NCBI RefSeq assembly: GCF_041956535.1
Contig: NW_027192198.1
Span: 631,982 to 695,981 of the forward strand
Length of the DNA stretch: 64,000 nt
Reading direction: 5' to 3'
Source of the DNA: Calcarisporiella thermophila CBS 279.70
Taxonomy: Eukaryota; Fungi; Calcarisporiellomycota
The position numbers and the translations under genes are program-made. Below, one piece after another: positions 26,073 through 39,326 of this stretch (positions are counted from its first letter, which is position 1; each line of letters starts with the position of its first letter). The notes below the pieces were generated by a model. That model saw nothing but the letters and a program-made list of their open reading frames with translations, was not told the origin of the DNA and did not search any database.

Positions 26073-27172
26073 TAGTCAATAGTAATAGTAATAATGTTTT
26101 TTTTTCTCAACACCAATTTATTTTTTTACTTTAGAATAATTCTTTTTTTATTCCTTCATCTCTATAAGGTCTGAACTCTTGTTTTACTTTTCTTCTCTTT
26201 GCTTTCCTCTTCTCTCTCTCTCTCCCCCCCCCCCCCCGATTGGCATGTTTTTATTCTATGATGCATCCTGTTTTTTCTTTCTCTCTCTCTCGCTTTCTCC
26301 CCCTCTATATATATTGCTTCACTTCCCCATGTATGATCATCCATATTCTATCATCTTTTTTATTCTCGATAGGACACCAAAGATAATCTTCTTTACTTTT
26401 TCTATTTTTTTTTTCTTTTGTTATTTAAATACGATACTGGCGATCCACTGATTGGAATAGCTCTTCTTTCACTCGTCTTTATATCCGCTTTGAATGGAAT
26501 CCGCTTTCTCCTGCAATCATAAGGTGAACGAATAAAACATAAGCCCCGCCCTCTTTCGTGCAAAGACTGGTCTCTCCCCCTTGCCAGCCGGCAGTGCCCC
26601 TCCCCTCTCCTCCGGAGGACGCGGCTCTGTCCGGCGCTGCCCCGGCTAACGGCTGTGTTATTGAGCGCGCATGATGGCCTCTGCCATAAACCCTGCGTCT
26701 GGAACGCTCGCGATAGGCCGCAACGTCGTCGCAATGACATGCTTTCGGCTGGGGGCTGAAGAGCAGTTGATTGGCGAGATCAGAGTAAGGTTTTGAAAGC
26801 AATGCCGGCCTGTGCATTCTCGGGAGATGAAAAGTCGGTCACGCCCTAAAACCGGCCGGCGGCCAAGGCCACGGCAGAAAACATAGCCTTCGTATGGCAA
26901 TGGCCCGAATCAAACCCCCACGGCTTGCTGGAGGCCGCGCCCCATTGGGTGCGATCTCAATCAAGGGCCTCCGACGCGCCAAACAGCTCTAAGCACAAAC
27001 GAAAAATATCTCCGCCCAGAATATTAAAAACAGAGGGGCTTCTATTCTTGGTAAAATCGCGATTAGTTTATATGGGCCTGGCCGTCGCCTCGGCCACCTC
27101 CCCTTAAGCTCTCCGAGTTTCAGCTGAAAGTATTATGAAATCCTCCCCCCCCTCTGCTCCTCGGCATCATCC

Positions 27173-29474
27173 ATGTTTCCGGATTACAAATGCTCCAAGT
27201 CTGCCCATCCCTACTCTGTCCCTGATAAGGCTTCCTCCATGTTCTACCGTGGCTTATCTCACATCCTGTTGCCGCCTCTTCCTTCATACCCCATCCGCAA
27301 GAAGCCGGGCTCCATCGCCAATGCGAAATACGACTATATCATTATTGGAGGTAAGGAGATGGTTGTCTCTGCGGGCTTTGCCACTTGAATCTCATCGAAT
27401 GTCCCATGGATCCTTCAAGGGGGAACCGCAGGCTGTTTGCTCGCCAATAGACTTAGCGCCGACCCTCAGGTGCGGGTCCTTGTGCTCGAAGCCGGGCAAT
27501 TGGACATGAAACAGGCATTTAGTCGCGCACCGTCCGCATACGAAAGGCTGTGGGGCACCGACGTACGTATTATCTGTGATTTCTGTCATCTTCCAAATAT
27601 CCGCCACTAATCATGTATGATCATGGAAAGCAGTATGACTGGAACATCCTCACGTCTCCTCAAGAGAAGCTGAAAACCCGAAAGATAACTTGGCCAAGGG
27701 GCAAAATGCTGGGGGGATGCAGGTGCTTTCCGCCTGTTTTTTAATTATTGAATTTCATTTTCCGCTAATGTATTCATCCCGCTGCACTTGTATATCAATA
27801 GCTCCCTAAACGCTATGGTCTGTACCCGTAATGCCGCCGCAGACTATGATGAGTGGGAGGCACTCGGTAACCCTGGGTGGTCCTACAAGGACATGTTCCC
27901 GTATTTCAAGAAAATCGAGACCTTCCATACCCCACCGAACTGTCGTTTTCCGATCGACCCGAATGCCCACGGCGACCACGGCGATCTCAACATTTCCTAT
28001 GGTGAATACACGAGTCCAATATCCTATGAATTTATCGACGCATGTGTCCGCGAGGGATTCGGACCCATCATCGATTTGAACAACTCTGAGGGAAAGGTGC
28101 TCGGGACAGGGAGGGTGCAGGTGAGTGCGCATTCTTGCATCGCATTGATTTCAGGGCCACCTTCCCTACTCCTCACTCATCCACGATGTCCATATCCTAG
28201 GCTTTCCTTCATAAAGGCGAGCGAGTGTCGGCCTCGTCAGCCTTCATTCCTCCGGAGCTGATACGTGCACGGAAAAACAATTTATATGTCACGATCGGGT
28301 GCCATGTGACGAGAATCCTGTTTGAAGAGAGGGACGGAGAGCCGCCACGGGCGGTTGGAGTAGAATTCAAAAGAAAACCAAAGGGTGCGTTTTCCTTATT
28401 TACTTTTACTTTTCCTGCGCTCTGGCACCCTCTTCTTTCCTCTATGTTCCCCTCACAATTCTATCTCTGCATCACCATGCTAACCGCGATCATCCTCCCT
28501 TTTTAGGCCCCATTTACAAAGTGTTTGCAACGAGCGAGGTCATCCTAAGCGCCGGCACCATCCACTCCCCACACATCCTTCTCCTTAGCGGTATCGGCGA
28601 CGAAGCGCATCTTCGCGAACACGGAATTCGCCCCGTCGTTCATCTGCCGGGCGTTGGGCGCAACCTACTCGATCACTTGTCATGCAGTCTGAACTATATC
28701 CCCAGGAAAGGGATGTCGATACACTCCTTCTTTCTTAACCCCATCCCGCACGTGTTGGAGTGGATGAGACACCGGACCGGGCTCGTCACCTCCAATCTCA
28801 CTGAGGCCTCTGCCTTCTGGCGGGTGGAGCTCCCCCCCAGCTCCACCGCCGGCGACAGCAAGCACTACGAGGGGCCCAATGTGGAGACACTGGGCATCAT
28901 CGGGCAACTGGGCTGCAACTCCCCGAACCTCAACATGAAAAAGCGATTCCTCGACTTCTACACCAGGGACTACTACTCCATCTGTGTCATCCTCCTCAAG
29001 CCAAACTCGGTCGGCCGCATCACACTGGCCTCCGCCGACCCATTCGATATGCCCGTGGTGAATCCAAACTACTTGGAGGACGAGCGCGACCGGAAGATCT
29101 TGGTCGAGGCGGTGCGGCGGAGTATGCGTGTGGGGGAGGATCTGAAGCGCTCGGGTATGATCCTGCGGGACTACTGTGTTCCCCAGACGAAGCCCAACGA
29201 GTCCGAGGAAGAGGCCATAAGAAGGCACATTGAGCTGCAGTCCGACACGATGTTCCATCCGACTTCGACTTGCAAAATGGGCCCCGACACGGACCCCATG
29301 GCGGTGGTGGATGGGGAGCTGCGTTTGCGCGGGGTAAAGGGATTGAGGGTGGTCGACTGCAGCGTGTTCCCCTCGGTACCGGCCGGCCATACCAGCTATC
29401 CGGTCATGGCCGTTGCGGAGCGGGCGAGTGAATTCATCCTCAAAGCTAGGCGGGCGAGTCAGCCGGAAGGCTGA
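27173..29474 (+). CDS. GMC oxidoreductase (AA3), copy 1, 5 introns
   Basis: YDYIIIG|GGTAGCLLANRLS FAD motif, RGKMLGGCS|[42 protein letters not shown]. Start codon is less certain. Confidence 0.88.
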
Positions 29475-29988
29475 GTGAGTCGCAGCGGCTCCCTCCCCCC
29501 TCCCCCCCATCCCACCCTGGATAGCTGTGGTGTTTAAGCGCTGTATTAGCTTGGTTCTCCTTTCGGCAACTTTGTATATCTTCACCGCACCTTAGTTTGG
29601 TTACTATTAATTTTGTTCCATCTAAATCCAGTTTCTTCATCTTGTCGAGAGTTGGCCGTATTTAAAATGAACAGGGTCTTTTTTGCTAACCAATAAACCC
29701 AGATTGGATTGGAGGACCTTTGCCAGGCCTTCCATCTATAGCAGGGATGGTCACAAGACATTTCTGGCGAGCATCCGCGGAGGGTAGAAAATTAAGCTCA
29801 CAATCCCGTGAAAAAAATAGAGAGCCGTGGGGGGAATGATCGCGGGAAGCGAGTGCGGCCAGAAATTATAGACTCGAACACCCTATTTAATAAAATTTTT
29901 CCCAAGTAACGTTTGCTGCATTTCTGCTCTGTTCTCGCCTCGCTGTTATTGTATCTGCTTATCTCGCTGATTCAGCCCTACCAATCCC

Positions 29989-32295
29989 ATGTCTTCCCTT
30001 CAGATTCAACGTGTCTTCTCCCAGAGGCTGCATACGATCCTGCTTGCCAGCTTCCTTGTGGTGGTCATTTTGCGGCGCCGGGCGCGCCAAAAATTTCTGA
30101 ATCCATACCCCCGCATCAGCTATGTCCGCAATATTATCATGAACATCTTCTCGCGTTTGCTGCTCTCCCGCATGGACACCATCACCTATCCTATCCACAT
30201 CAGCCCGAAAACCTTTGGCAATGACAGATACGACTACATTATCATTGGAGGTAACATGACACATTGACATTCTCCGGAATAATGGGTGGTAGACTCATCC
30301 CATTCTGATCGAACAGGCGGAACCGCTGGTTGCGTTCTCGCAAACAGGCTCAGTGTCGATCCGCGTGTAAAAGTGCTCGTGCTGGAAGCAGGCCCAAGCG
30401 ATCACAATGTTGCATTCAGTCGCATGCCGGTTTCCATGGAAAGAATGTGGGGCACCACCGTGAGTTGAGAAATTTTCCCACCCTCTCTATTACCCTTATC
30501 CAGAATGCTAACGCTCATTGGGGATTTTTCAGGTTGACTGGAACATCCTGACAACCCCACAACCTCAGCTGGACAATCGCAAGATGGTCTGGCCAAGAGG
30601 AAAATTACTTGGAGGCTCAAGGTGAGCTCTAATCCAACCAGCCCCATGCCCCTTTCTTCCGATTCATCTCGAATGTTTGTGCTTTTAATCTTTTGTTAGT
30701 TCGATCAATGCCATGGTTTGTACCCGCTGCGCAGCCGCTGACTATGACGAGTGGGAGACACTGGGCAACCCGGGCTGGTCCTTCAAAGATTTATATCCTT
30801 ATTTCAAACGAATAGAGACGATACACCCTTCAAGAAACAAGGCTTTTCCGCTTGACGTGAAGGCGCACGGTACCGACGGCGAGGTGGATGTCACCTACCC
30901 CACCTATACCGGCGTCTTGACCTATGACTTTATCGATTCGTGCAAGCGAGAAAATCTCGGGCCCATTATTGACTTCAACAATTCCGAGGGAAATTTGATA
31001 GGAGCAGGACGATTCCAGGTGAGTGTGCAGCCATCCCCTCGGACGGCCTCATTCAGTGCGGCGAGCTGAACCTGTCGTCTCTTGAAATTTCCGTAGGCTT
31101 TACTCTATAATGGGGAGCGCGTGTCCTCTTCGTCGGCCTTCATCTCTCCGCAAGTGCTAAGGGAACGGCCCAATTTGACCGTGGCCATTGGGGCCCATGT
31201 GACCCGCATTTTGTTCGACGAGCAAGGCGGCGAGCAGCCGCGAGCAATTGGGGTTGAATTCAAAAAGCACGTTAACGGTGGGTTGTGTTCCAAGAGCTTC
31301 GCAAATGCCTTTGGCAATGCTGACCGTCGTTTCATTTCCGATCCTCTTTAGGAAAAGTACACAAAGTCTATGCGAATCGCGAGGTTATATTAAGCGCTGG
31401 CGCTATCCATTCTCCACACATCCTCCTCCTCAGCGGCATCGGGGAAGAGTCGCACCTTCGCCAGCATGGCATCCGCCCCGTCGCCAATCTACCCGGGGTT
31501 GGGAAGAACCTGTTGGACCACCTCCTATGCTCCCTCAACTATGTTACGCAGAAAGGCAACTCCATCCACACCTTCTTCCCCAATGTGGTGTCCGAGCTGA
31601 AAAAGTGGTCGCGGCATAGGTCGGGGATGGCAACCTCCCACGTAGCCGAGGCGGCCGCCTTTTGGAAGCATGATCTGCCCAATGAACCCGGAAATAGTGC
31701 CTACAGCGGGCCGAACTTGGAGGCCATTGCCATCAACGCGCTTCTGGGCTGCAATTCGCCCATTAAGCAGACGACGACCGGAATAGCAGACTTCTACACC
31801 CGTGATTTCTTCTCGCTTTGTGGGATCTTGTTGAAGCCGTACTCGTCTGGGAGTGTCTCGCTTGCATCTGCGAACCCATTCGATATGCCCGTGGTGGATG
31901 CAAACTACCTCTCTGACCCTCGCGACTGGGAGCTCATGATCGAGGTTGTCCGAAAATGCAAGCGGATAGGGGATGACATGAGGCTTTCGGGTCGGATATT
32001 GTACGACTACTGCGTCCCACGCATCGAGCAAGGGGAGACCGAGGAAGAGGCACTGCGAAGGCACATCCGATTGCAATCACAAACCGTCTTCCATCCCACG
32101 TCCACTTGCAAGATGGGACCCGATTCCGACCCGATGGCAGTCGTGGATGCAGAGCTGCGGGTACGCGGGGTCAGAGGATTACGCGTGGTCGACTGTAGTG
32201 TGTTCCCAACGATTCCCGCCGGGCACACATGTGTGCCCGCCATGGCGGTGGCAGAGCGAGCCAGTGACATTATTCTCGGGGCGAGCCGAGCCTAG
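29989..32295 (+). CDS. GMC oxidoreductase (AA3), copy 2, N-terminal hydrophobic anchor, 5 introns
   Basis: Same motifs and intron positions as copy 1; N-terminal [13 protein letters not shown] followed by RRRAR. Confidence 0.9.
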
Positions 32296-32544
32296 TCTAC
32301 TGTTAACTTGTATCATCATGTTGTTTCTATATTTCAATTAGCCTTAGCTAGGAGCGATCATCTTTCTGTATTGAAGAGAACTGAAATGTCTTCACTAATA
32401 AACGTCTAACGCGTGTTGTGTTAGGGCTCCGCAAATTAACCAGCCCGTGGTGGCAAAGTTGCATAAACCGATCACCATAAAAAAATAGTCCGCCCATTTT
32501 TCCCTCTCCTGAGGAATTTTTATTTTCCTAACCCATTTTGCCAC

Positions 32545-33934
32545 ATGGGAAAATCGCGACTTACGGTCGATCCTGAATACGAGCGGCTTCCACAAGAGGG
32601 AGCGCCTGAGGGGGAAAAGCTGCAAGAGCGCTCGCTCATCCGATCCTTTATTCGTATGCTCTTCCATGTAGAAATTGCAACCTTATTCAGGGTTCATTCA
32701 TTGCATCCTTTTTCCCATGGCTAGCATCATCCATCGGGAGCTTAGCCGAGAAGGCGGAGCGAGTTTCGTTTAAGACATGGCTAGTCGTCATCCTAACCAT
32801 ATGTGTAATTTTGAGAGTTGCTATATATTTTATGCCCGCCCCTAGCATTGGTGTAAGAGCTTAGTGTGGATTTCCTCCCCTAATAACAGCATTAATGGCT
32901 ATGAATTCTATAGCCTGTTTCCCCTGGCAGCATGGAAAAGCCGGTAGCCCATAAGCACGTCCCATGCGACGAGGAATCAATGTATCCATTCGATGGGCCA
33001 AGAGAATTTCTTGTCGATCCAGCTCAATTCCACACCACCTCCATTTCCGTGGAAGGTCGGGTGATGGTAAGCGTGGCAACCCTCTCTAACTCCAGATTGT
33101 ATCGTGAATTCCTTCCTGCTTTACCTCTTCTTCTATTGTCCATAGCACGGCTTCACTACCATTCGTCTTGCACCAGATCCTACAGCCACTCATCTGAACA
33201 TCACACTCAACATTAGCATCAATGATGATTCGCTTCGAAACCACGTATATATATCCCAAAGCGATTCCACCAAGGACTACGCTCTCAAGGTATCGGTGCC
33301 GCAATCTCTACGCCCCGATTATTGTGTACAGGTGAACATGGTCATAGAGGTCCCCACTGAACTAATGGAATTGCGGGAGTTAGTGGTGAACATGCCGAAT
33401 AGCGAAATAAGGGTAGAGGATATGTCGAGAGTCCAATTCAAGACATTCATAGCATTCACCATGAGCGGGGATGCAATAGTACAGGTAAAGTAGAGAAAAA
33501 TAAAATGGGAATCACTGGAGTGGAATTGCTAACCCATCCTTTAGAATCTCAAGTCGGAAAAGATTGATGTATCCAGCGTGAACGGCCGCGTGGAGGGGTC
33601 TTTTATTACAGGCGGGGATCTCCAGCTTGCCTCCACCAATGGAGAGATTGCAGCTGAAGTGTATCCTGTTGCCGGCAATGATGTTCACCTCTCCGCTGAA
33701 TCCGTAAATGGAGATGTCCATATGAATGTCCCCGATGCAGCTTATGAAGGCTATTTCTCGATGAAGACGGCGCTGGGACAAGCGACGGTTGGAGTGGCCA
33801 ATGGGAAAGAGCGCTTGCATTTCGATGTAAATAAGCCTTGGATGAAGAGTGGGTATAAAAAAGGGCCCGGGGTGACGCGGTCAGAGATACAAATGCAAAC
33901 TACCAATGGAGACGTCGACTTGACCTTCATTTGA
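32545..33934 (+). CDS. Type II membrane protein with DUF4097/putative-adhesin beta-strand repeats
   Basis: ATG 32545, TM segment WLVVILTICVILRVAIYF, repeats SVNGRV / STNGEI / SVNGDV / TTNGDVDL; GT-AG introns join in phase. Confidence 0.65.
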
Positions 33935-34502
33935 GGGCAAAAATGGGGCCCAGATTGTTGTCTTCCCATCGTCGGTTGTAAATTCGTACTTTGATATAAC
34001 TCCATGTCTGTATTCGATAGCAAAAAAATATATATATCAGCATATAGTATGAAATTCATTGTAACATTTTGGGGGAGGGGGGGAAGGGGGAAGGAATCTT
34101 TGGGGGTGTGACGTCAACTTTTAATTTGAAGTCTTTAGACACCACGTTTTTTTTATGAAGCGGTTTGTGTTCCCACAAAAGAGAACAAACAGTCACCACC
34201 GTACATGGTGAATTCCTTAATTCGTTAATCCCCATATCCGCTACGTAGTTTGTCTCCTCTCTTTTGCTAAGGATCGCTTGATTTGATCCCTTGAATCGTA
34301 AATAAACCGCATCCGTGTTCTTTCAGTGGCTTTTCGCATCGTACGGTAATTGTTAATTATTCTCTGAGCCTATTTGGCATTCCTTTGGACTACCCATTCC
34401 ATCAGTGAAGCACCATTGGGCTAGCTCCTGGTCTCGCTCCCCATTATGCTCTTATTGATTGCTTCTTCTTCATAGGTGCAATTTCCCTCTCCCAAGTGAA
34501 TA

Positions 34503-36941
34503 ATGGCGGATCTTCACAAGCCCGGTCCCCAAAACTTTCTAGATCCTGCCCCAACTGATCTGCGACTTTCTGCATTTCGTCCTGACAACATGGCTACTGA
34601 ATACAGATACCCCGATCTTCGCCAGCAGGAATCCTCTGGACGCGAAGCACCTGCTGACTGGTTCCCTCTTCCCAAGCATGAGTCGGCGAACTGGCCGCGA
34701 ACCCTTTCCAACGCTATCGTTCCGACAGAGAGTTGGGATTTGTATGGTGCAGAAAGGCGAATGAAATCCAATGATGCAAGCGGATATCCCAGAGGTTCGG
34801 AGGCGCCCATGTCGGTAGGACATGGTGCCGGTGTTGAGCTAGGAAATGACAGAGTCAGAGGAAGATCGCTAGAAAACCCCACGCATGATGCTAATAACGT
34901 ACCCTCGTCCCCCTCCTCACTGAGGCCATCGGGCGCATTCTCCGCAGCACGGCCTTCATCCTCAGGTCGGAGCAACGTTGCATTCACCACTTCTCCCAAA
35001 TTCCAACGTAGGTTTTATTTTTTAAAACAAACCATCTTGAAGCCAATGAACTAAAACGTGGCCATATTCACAATAGCTTTTGATGAGTTACCTTGTCTTT
35101 CCAAAGCGGCTTTAGGCTCTGGTTTCAACCATCCCGGATATGACGACGGTCCAAATGCTCGGCTGGATGCTATTGACGCCAACGATCCAGTCCATCCTCA
35201 AAAGAGTTTCGGTAATAACCCAATGCTTTGGCCCATGGAGAAAACGCCGTCGGTGGAGCATATTTCACCGCTCCATAACCCAGTCCCCTATACCTATTCA
35301 TCTGAACTTTCTGATGCACACCCGGCATTCCCCTCCCGCTTACAACCATCTCTCCGTAGTGATATATTTGGGCCTCTGGACAACATCCTTCCCGCGACTC
35401 CTTCCGTAAACAATATCAATACCACCGCCCGTCCCTCTTCAATGGGTTCAGTCTCCACCACCAACAATAAGGATTCGCTCTCAGCGGCACGAATTGCATT
35501 CCATAAGGCTGGAGATTTGCTGTCTGATGTGTCCGAGAGACCAGGACGGCTCTCCGAGCGCTTCCCAAAGGTGGACTCGGTACAACCGCCCTTCAATCCG
35601 TTCAATTTTGGAGCCGAATACGTGCAAACTCACTCGGGGGGCGCGATGAATAACGGCGGAAACAGAGGTGATAGGGATGCATTTTCCCGTGGCGGTGCCG
35701 TTGGGGTTGGCAGTGGGGGTTTTGGCGAGGGTGATATGAAAATGCGGCTAGGTTCAGGCGGGAGCCGTGCCCCGGCGAACGCTATGGCAGATGGTCGCGG
35801 TGTCCGTGGAGGCTATATACGCCGAAACCCACAGGAGATGAATTACATCTATGGCGAGATGAATGCGGCTCCGCTGGCACACTTGCCATCGAGCGATAGA
35901 CAGATTCTAGCTGATCCGCTAGAACTCGCCCAGAGAATGAATGAGCTCAGCCTGAACGCCGGCACCTATACCAATAGCAATGGTGGCGCTAAAGAGCGTG
36001 GAGGTCCGGATTTTGGACCCTGGCTCGACCCAGCGGATATTGATCGAGTGTCTCCGCTAATGCCTGGCCCCCACGGGAAACCTGTTTCTGCGCCCGCAAG
36101 TCTTTGGCCTGCCTCCACCTCCCCACAGCCTTCCGCCGGCACCGCTAATCCGGCTACCGCGCGGACGCCCGAACGCAACCTGCAGTCCGCTCCTTCGTCA
36201 CTTGGCCGAGGGGAAACCACGAGCAAGATGCCTGCGAGCCTAGCGCACAAGGGCTTAAATCCGCCCCACTTTGACCTCAACCCGGTGAACGCCCGATTTT
36301 TCGTTATCAAGTCATACACCGAGGACGATGTCCACAAGAGCCTGAAGTATGACATCTGGGCAAGCACAGAGATCGGCAATCGGCGGCTCGACAAGGCGTT
36401 TCGGGAGAACGAGAACAAGGGGCCGATCTATTTGTTTTTTAGTGTGAATACGAGGTGGGTGCTCTGTGATGTCGAGGCGGTCGCGAAGAATATAGGACTG
36501 ACCATTCCTCCTTCATTTTTAGTGGGCACTTTTGCGGGATGGCCCAGATGATCACCCCGGTCGACTACTCGACGAGCAGCAATGTGTGGGCCCAAGATAA
36601 GTGGAAGGGGGTGTTCAAGGTACGGTGGATATTTGTGAAGGATATACCCAACGCGCAACTGCGTCACATTCGCGTCATGTAAGTCATCCTGCTAATAATT
36701 TCGGGGGGGGGGGGACCACCTAGGGCAAGGCTAACCGCGCCATTTTTTTTTATTATTTGCATCTTCCCTTAGCAATAATGATAACAAGCCTGTAACGAAT
36801 AGCCGTGATACACAGGAAATCTTTGCCGAGCCCGGCTGTGAGATGCTTCGCATGTTCTACGAGTATCGTAATCGCACCTCGATCTTGGACGACTTTGAGT
36901 GGTATGATCAAAAGCAGACCGCGCGGGGGCGTGAGAGTTAA
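34503..36941 (+). CDS. YTH-domain m6A reader (YTHDF/Pho92-like) with long low-complexity N-terminus
   Basis: [33 protein letters not shown].|[33 protein letters not shown]; aromatic-cage Trp residues intact; 3 coding introns. Confidence 0.92.
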
Positions 36942-39326
36942 CCTGGCGAGTATACACATCTTCTCTATGGTCATCCCGGATATACATTAGTATTACGTTT
37001 TATCTGAACATTTTGTCTCTTTTTTTTTATTTGAAAGATATTCACTCGCACTTCCCCTCTCTTTCCTTCCTCCCCCTCTTCTCTCTATAAGACGATGCAC
37101 ATCACATTTGCTCTCTTCGTTTTCCTTTTTTTTAATAATGATTTTTTCTATCTGGACTCTCAGCTATTTTTTTTCTTTATATATATTTTTTCTCTATTTT
37201 TGCTAGTTAGGCCATGAACCTGTATTTCCTTATCGAACCTCCCCCCCTATTTTCACACTTGGCTCCCTTAAGCTGCTTTTTATTTTGTATGAACCCTTTT
37301 TCTTTTTCATCTTTTTTCTATTTTTTTTTTTTTGTAATTTATGTTTGGAATTTTCCTCTAAAGACTATTTTTCATGTCGCTTATATTTCCCTTCCCCCTT
37401 TTTATAATGAAATTGGTGTAATATATATACTATTTTGAACATCATTATCATTCTTTTTTTTCTGCTTCATTGATGCTTGCTCTTGCTTATCTTTTTCGTT
37501 GCGGATATAGTGAGAACCAGATGCCATCGTATATTTTTCGCTTTTTATAAAAGCCACGTCTTTGCCGATACGAAAACTAGTCCAATTCGCATCGGCAGAC
37601 AGTTTTTTTTTTCCTAAATACTTGATACAATTCACAATTACATCCCTCCTGAATATACAGAGCCAACTCTTCAATAAGAGTTAGTCCATTGGAGTAAAAA
37701 CTACGATGGCTCTGTCGATTTAAAAGCTGACCAGACCAAAGAGCGGAGGAATCCGTTGCCCGATTAAGCATGGCCGAGGCTGAGGCCCTGCAGTCATCTA
37801 ATAGGCTAGTTTGTTAAATTCTTTCTGAGCACTTCAGGAATATCCGCATTCGACTGTGCTCTCGAAAAAGGGCGGATATCTTCGAACCACTGCCAAACCG
37901 TTAATTAGAGAGGAAACGCCTCCTATAGCGTGCTTGAGCTAAATTTGACCACCGCTTCCTTGTCGCCATCGAGTGCAGCGACGGCCGAAGACCGCACTGA
38001 ATCATCAAAGTATACTCATGAGTCAATCCAATTCGAAACCTTAAATCTTTATTAAAGCCGAAGTGGGGTGATGAAGGTTCTGCCATTAATCCCCCTCGCA
38101 GGCCTAAATCAGTCAAGGAATTGGGCAGAGATGAAACTCTAAAAACGCTATGGGCCCTTGCTTTGAAAGAATCCAGCATTGCTTGCGGGGCGAACGGTTT
38201 GCCAAATGCCTCTCTGGACGCGACCGCTATTCGTTCGACGCCCTGTGGAGGTTAGGCCGTGTTCGACCAGAACGCTGCTAGTTCTATGCGGCCCACATTC
38301 TCCGCGCGGATTCCTTCTCTCTCGTTGGTAACAAGGCTTCCATCTAGTTCTCCGGTGTCCCTTCCAAGTCCTCCACACACACCCCCTCGACTCCAAAACT
38401 AAGCAATATTGTGCGCCCAAACCGAATCCAATGCCTGGCAAAAATGACGCTTCCCTAGCGTATTCCGAATTCCGAATGACATCAAGCCAAATAGTGCGAA
38501 AACAGCAAGGACACATGTGGTTGTTTCCAGCGGGATTCGGAGCCCCGAGAGAGGGTAGCAATGCCCGCGGCCTCCCATTCGAGGGTATTTTTGCAGCGAC
38601 ATTCTAAATAGAGGGCGAACCGAGCAATAAGGAATTAATTTCATTTCTCCCTCCCGAGTGGTACGCTGGAACACGACGGGAATTCTTTGGTGCCACTTCA
38701 AGCCTTCCCCTCCAGCCATAATGAAGCCATGATTGAAACATGCCAAAATTATCTCCTAGTGTCAATTTGCAAGAATGGTCCGGCCGACTCTCCCCCTCTG
38801 CCAATCTATTCTCCTAGCGCTGGTACCTGAGCGCTAAAAGCCTCCGACGGGAAAACCCTTAGAGCAAACAGGTCAAGCTCTCCGGCCGCCCAAGCAGCAG
38901 TGCTTTGAATCAATTTTAGGTTTATAGTTTGTTAACGCGCGACTGCGTCCGGATCCCTCCAACCCACCCGCACCGCGAAAGCGGAGGGAGCAGGGGGCAG
39001 TCGGGCAGAGCTCAGCGAGCAGAGCGGCCTCTGCCCGCAGTCACCGTCAAGATCTTACGATTTTGTCCGGCCGAGTGGGGATAAGTTTCAGCGGCCTCTG
39101 CAGGAGTTCGAGAGCTAAAAATACGTGGTGCTCCATGTGACTGGTCAAGTTCAACTAGTGAGCAGGCTGTTTTCCAAATATCGAATGGTGGCCAACGAAA
39201 TAAAAAAAATCTCCAAAGTGGCTGTGGTTAAAAAAAGAGGAAGTGGTGCACTCTATATAAAGAACAGGGAGGAAGCTTGGTTTCCTCTCCTGCACTTCTC
39301 TTCATCGGTGATTTATTTCGATCGAA

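Noticed and set aside
26530-27000. GC-rich intergenic tract with GGGGCTTA followed by TTTT on the minus strand, as possible RNase MRP/P RNA
   Set aside because: The complementary P4 5' strand (GAAAGUCCCC-like) was not found; more simply the GMC1 promoter.
28680-29585. 301-aa antisense ORF, and similar ones over GMC2, AA5, NDT80 and the SNF2 gene (e.g. 41623-42402)
   Set aside because: Shadow ORFs expected from high GC3 codon bias of the sense gene; no recognisable protein features.
37901-38804. Several 66-137 aa minus-strand ORFs between the YTH and AA5 genes
   Set aside because: Non-ATG starts, no coherent splice pattern and no recognisable motifs.
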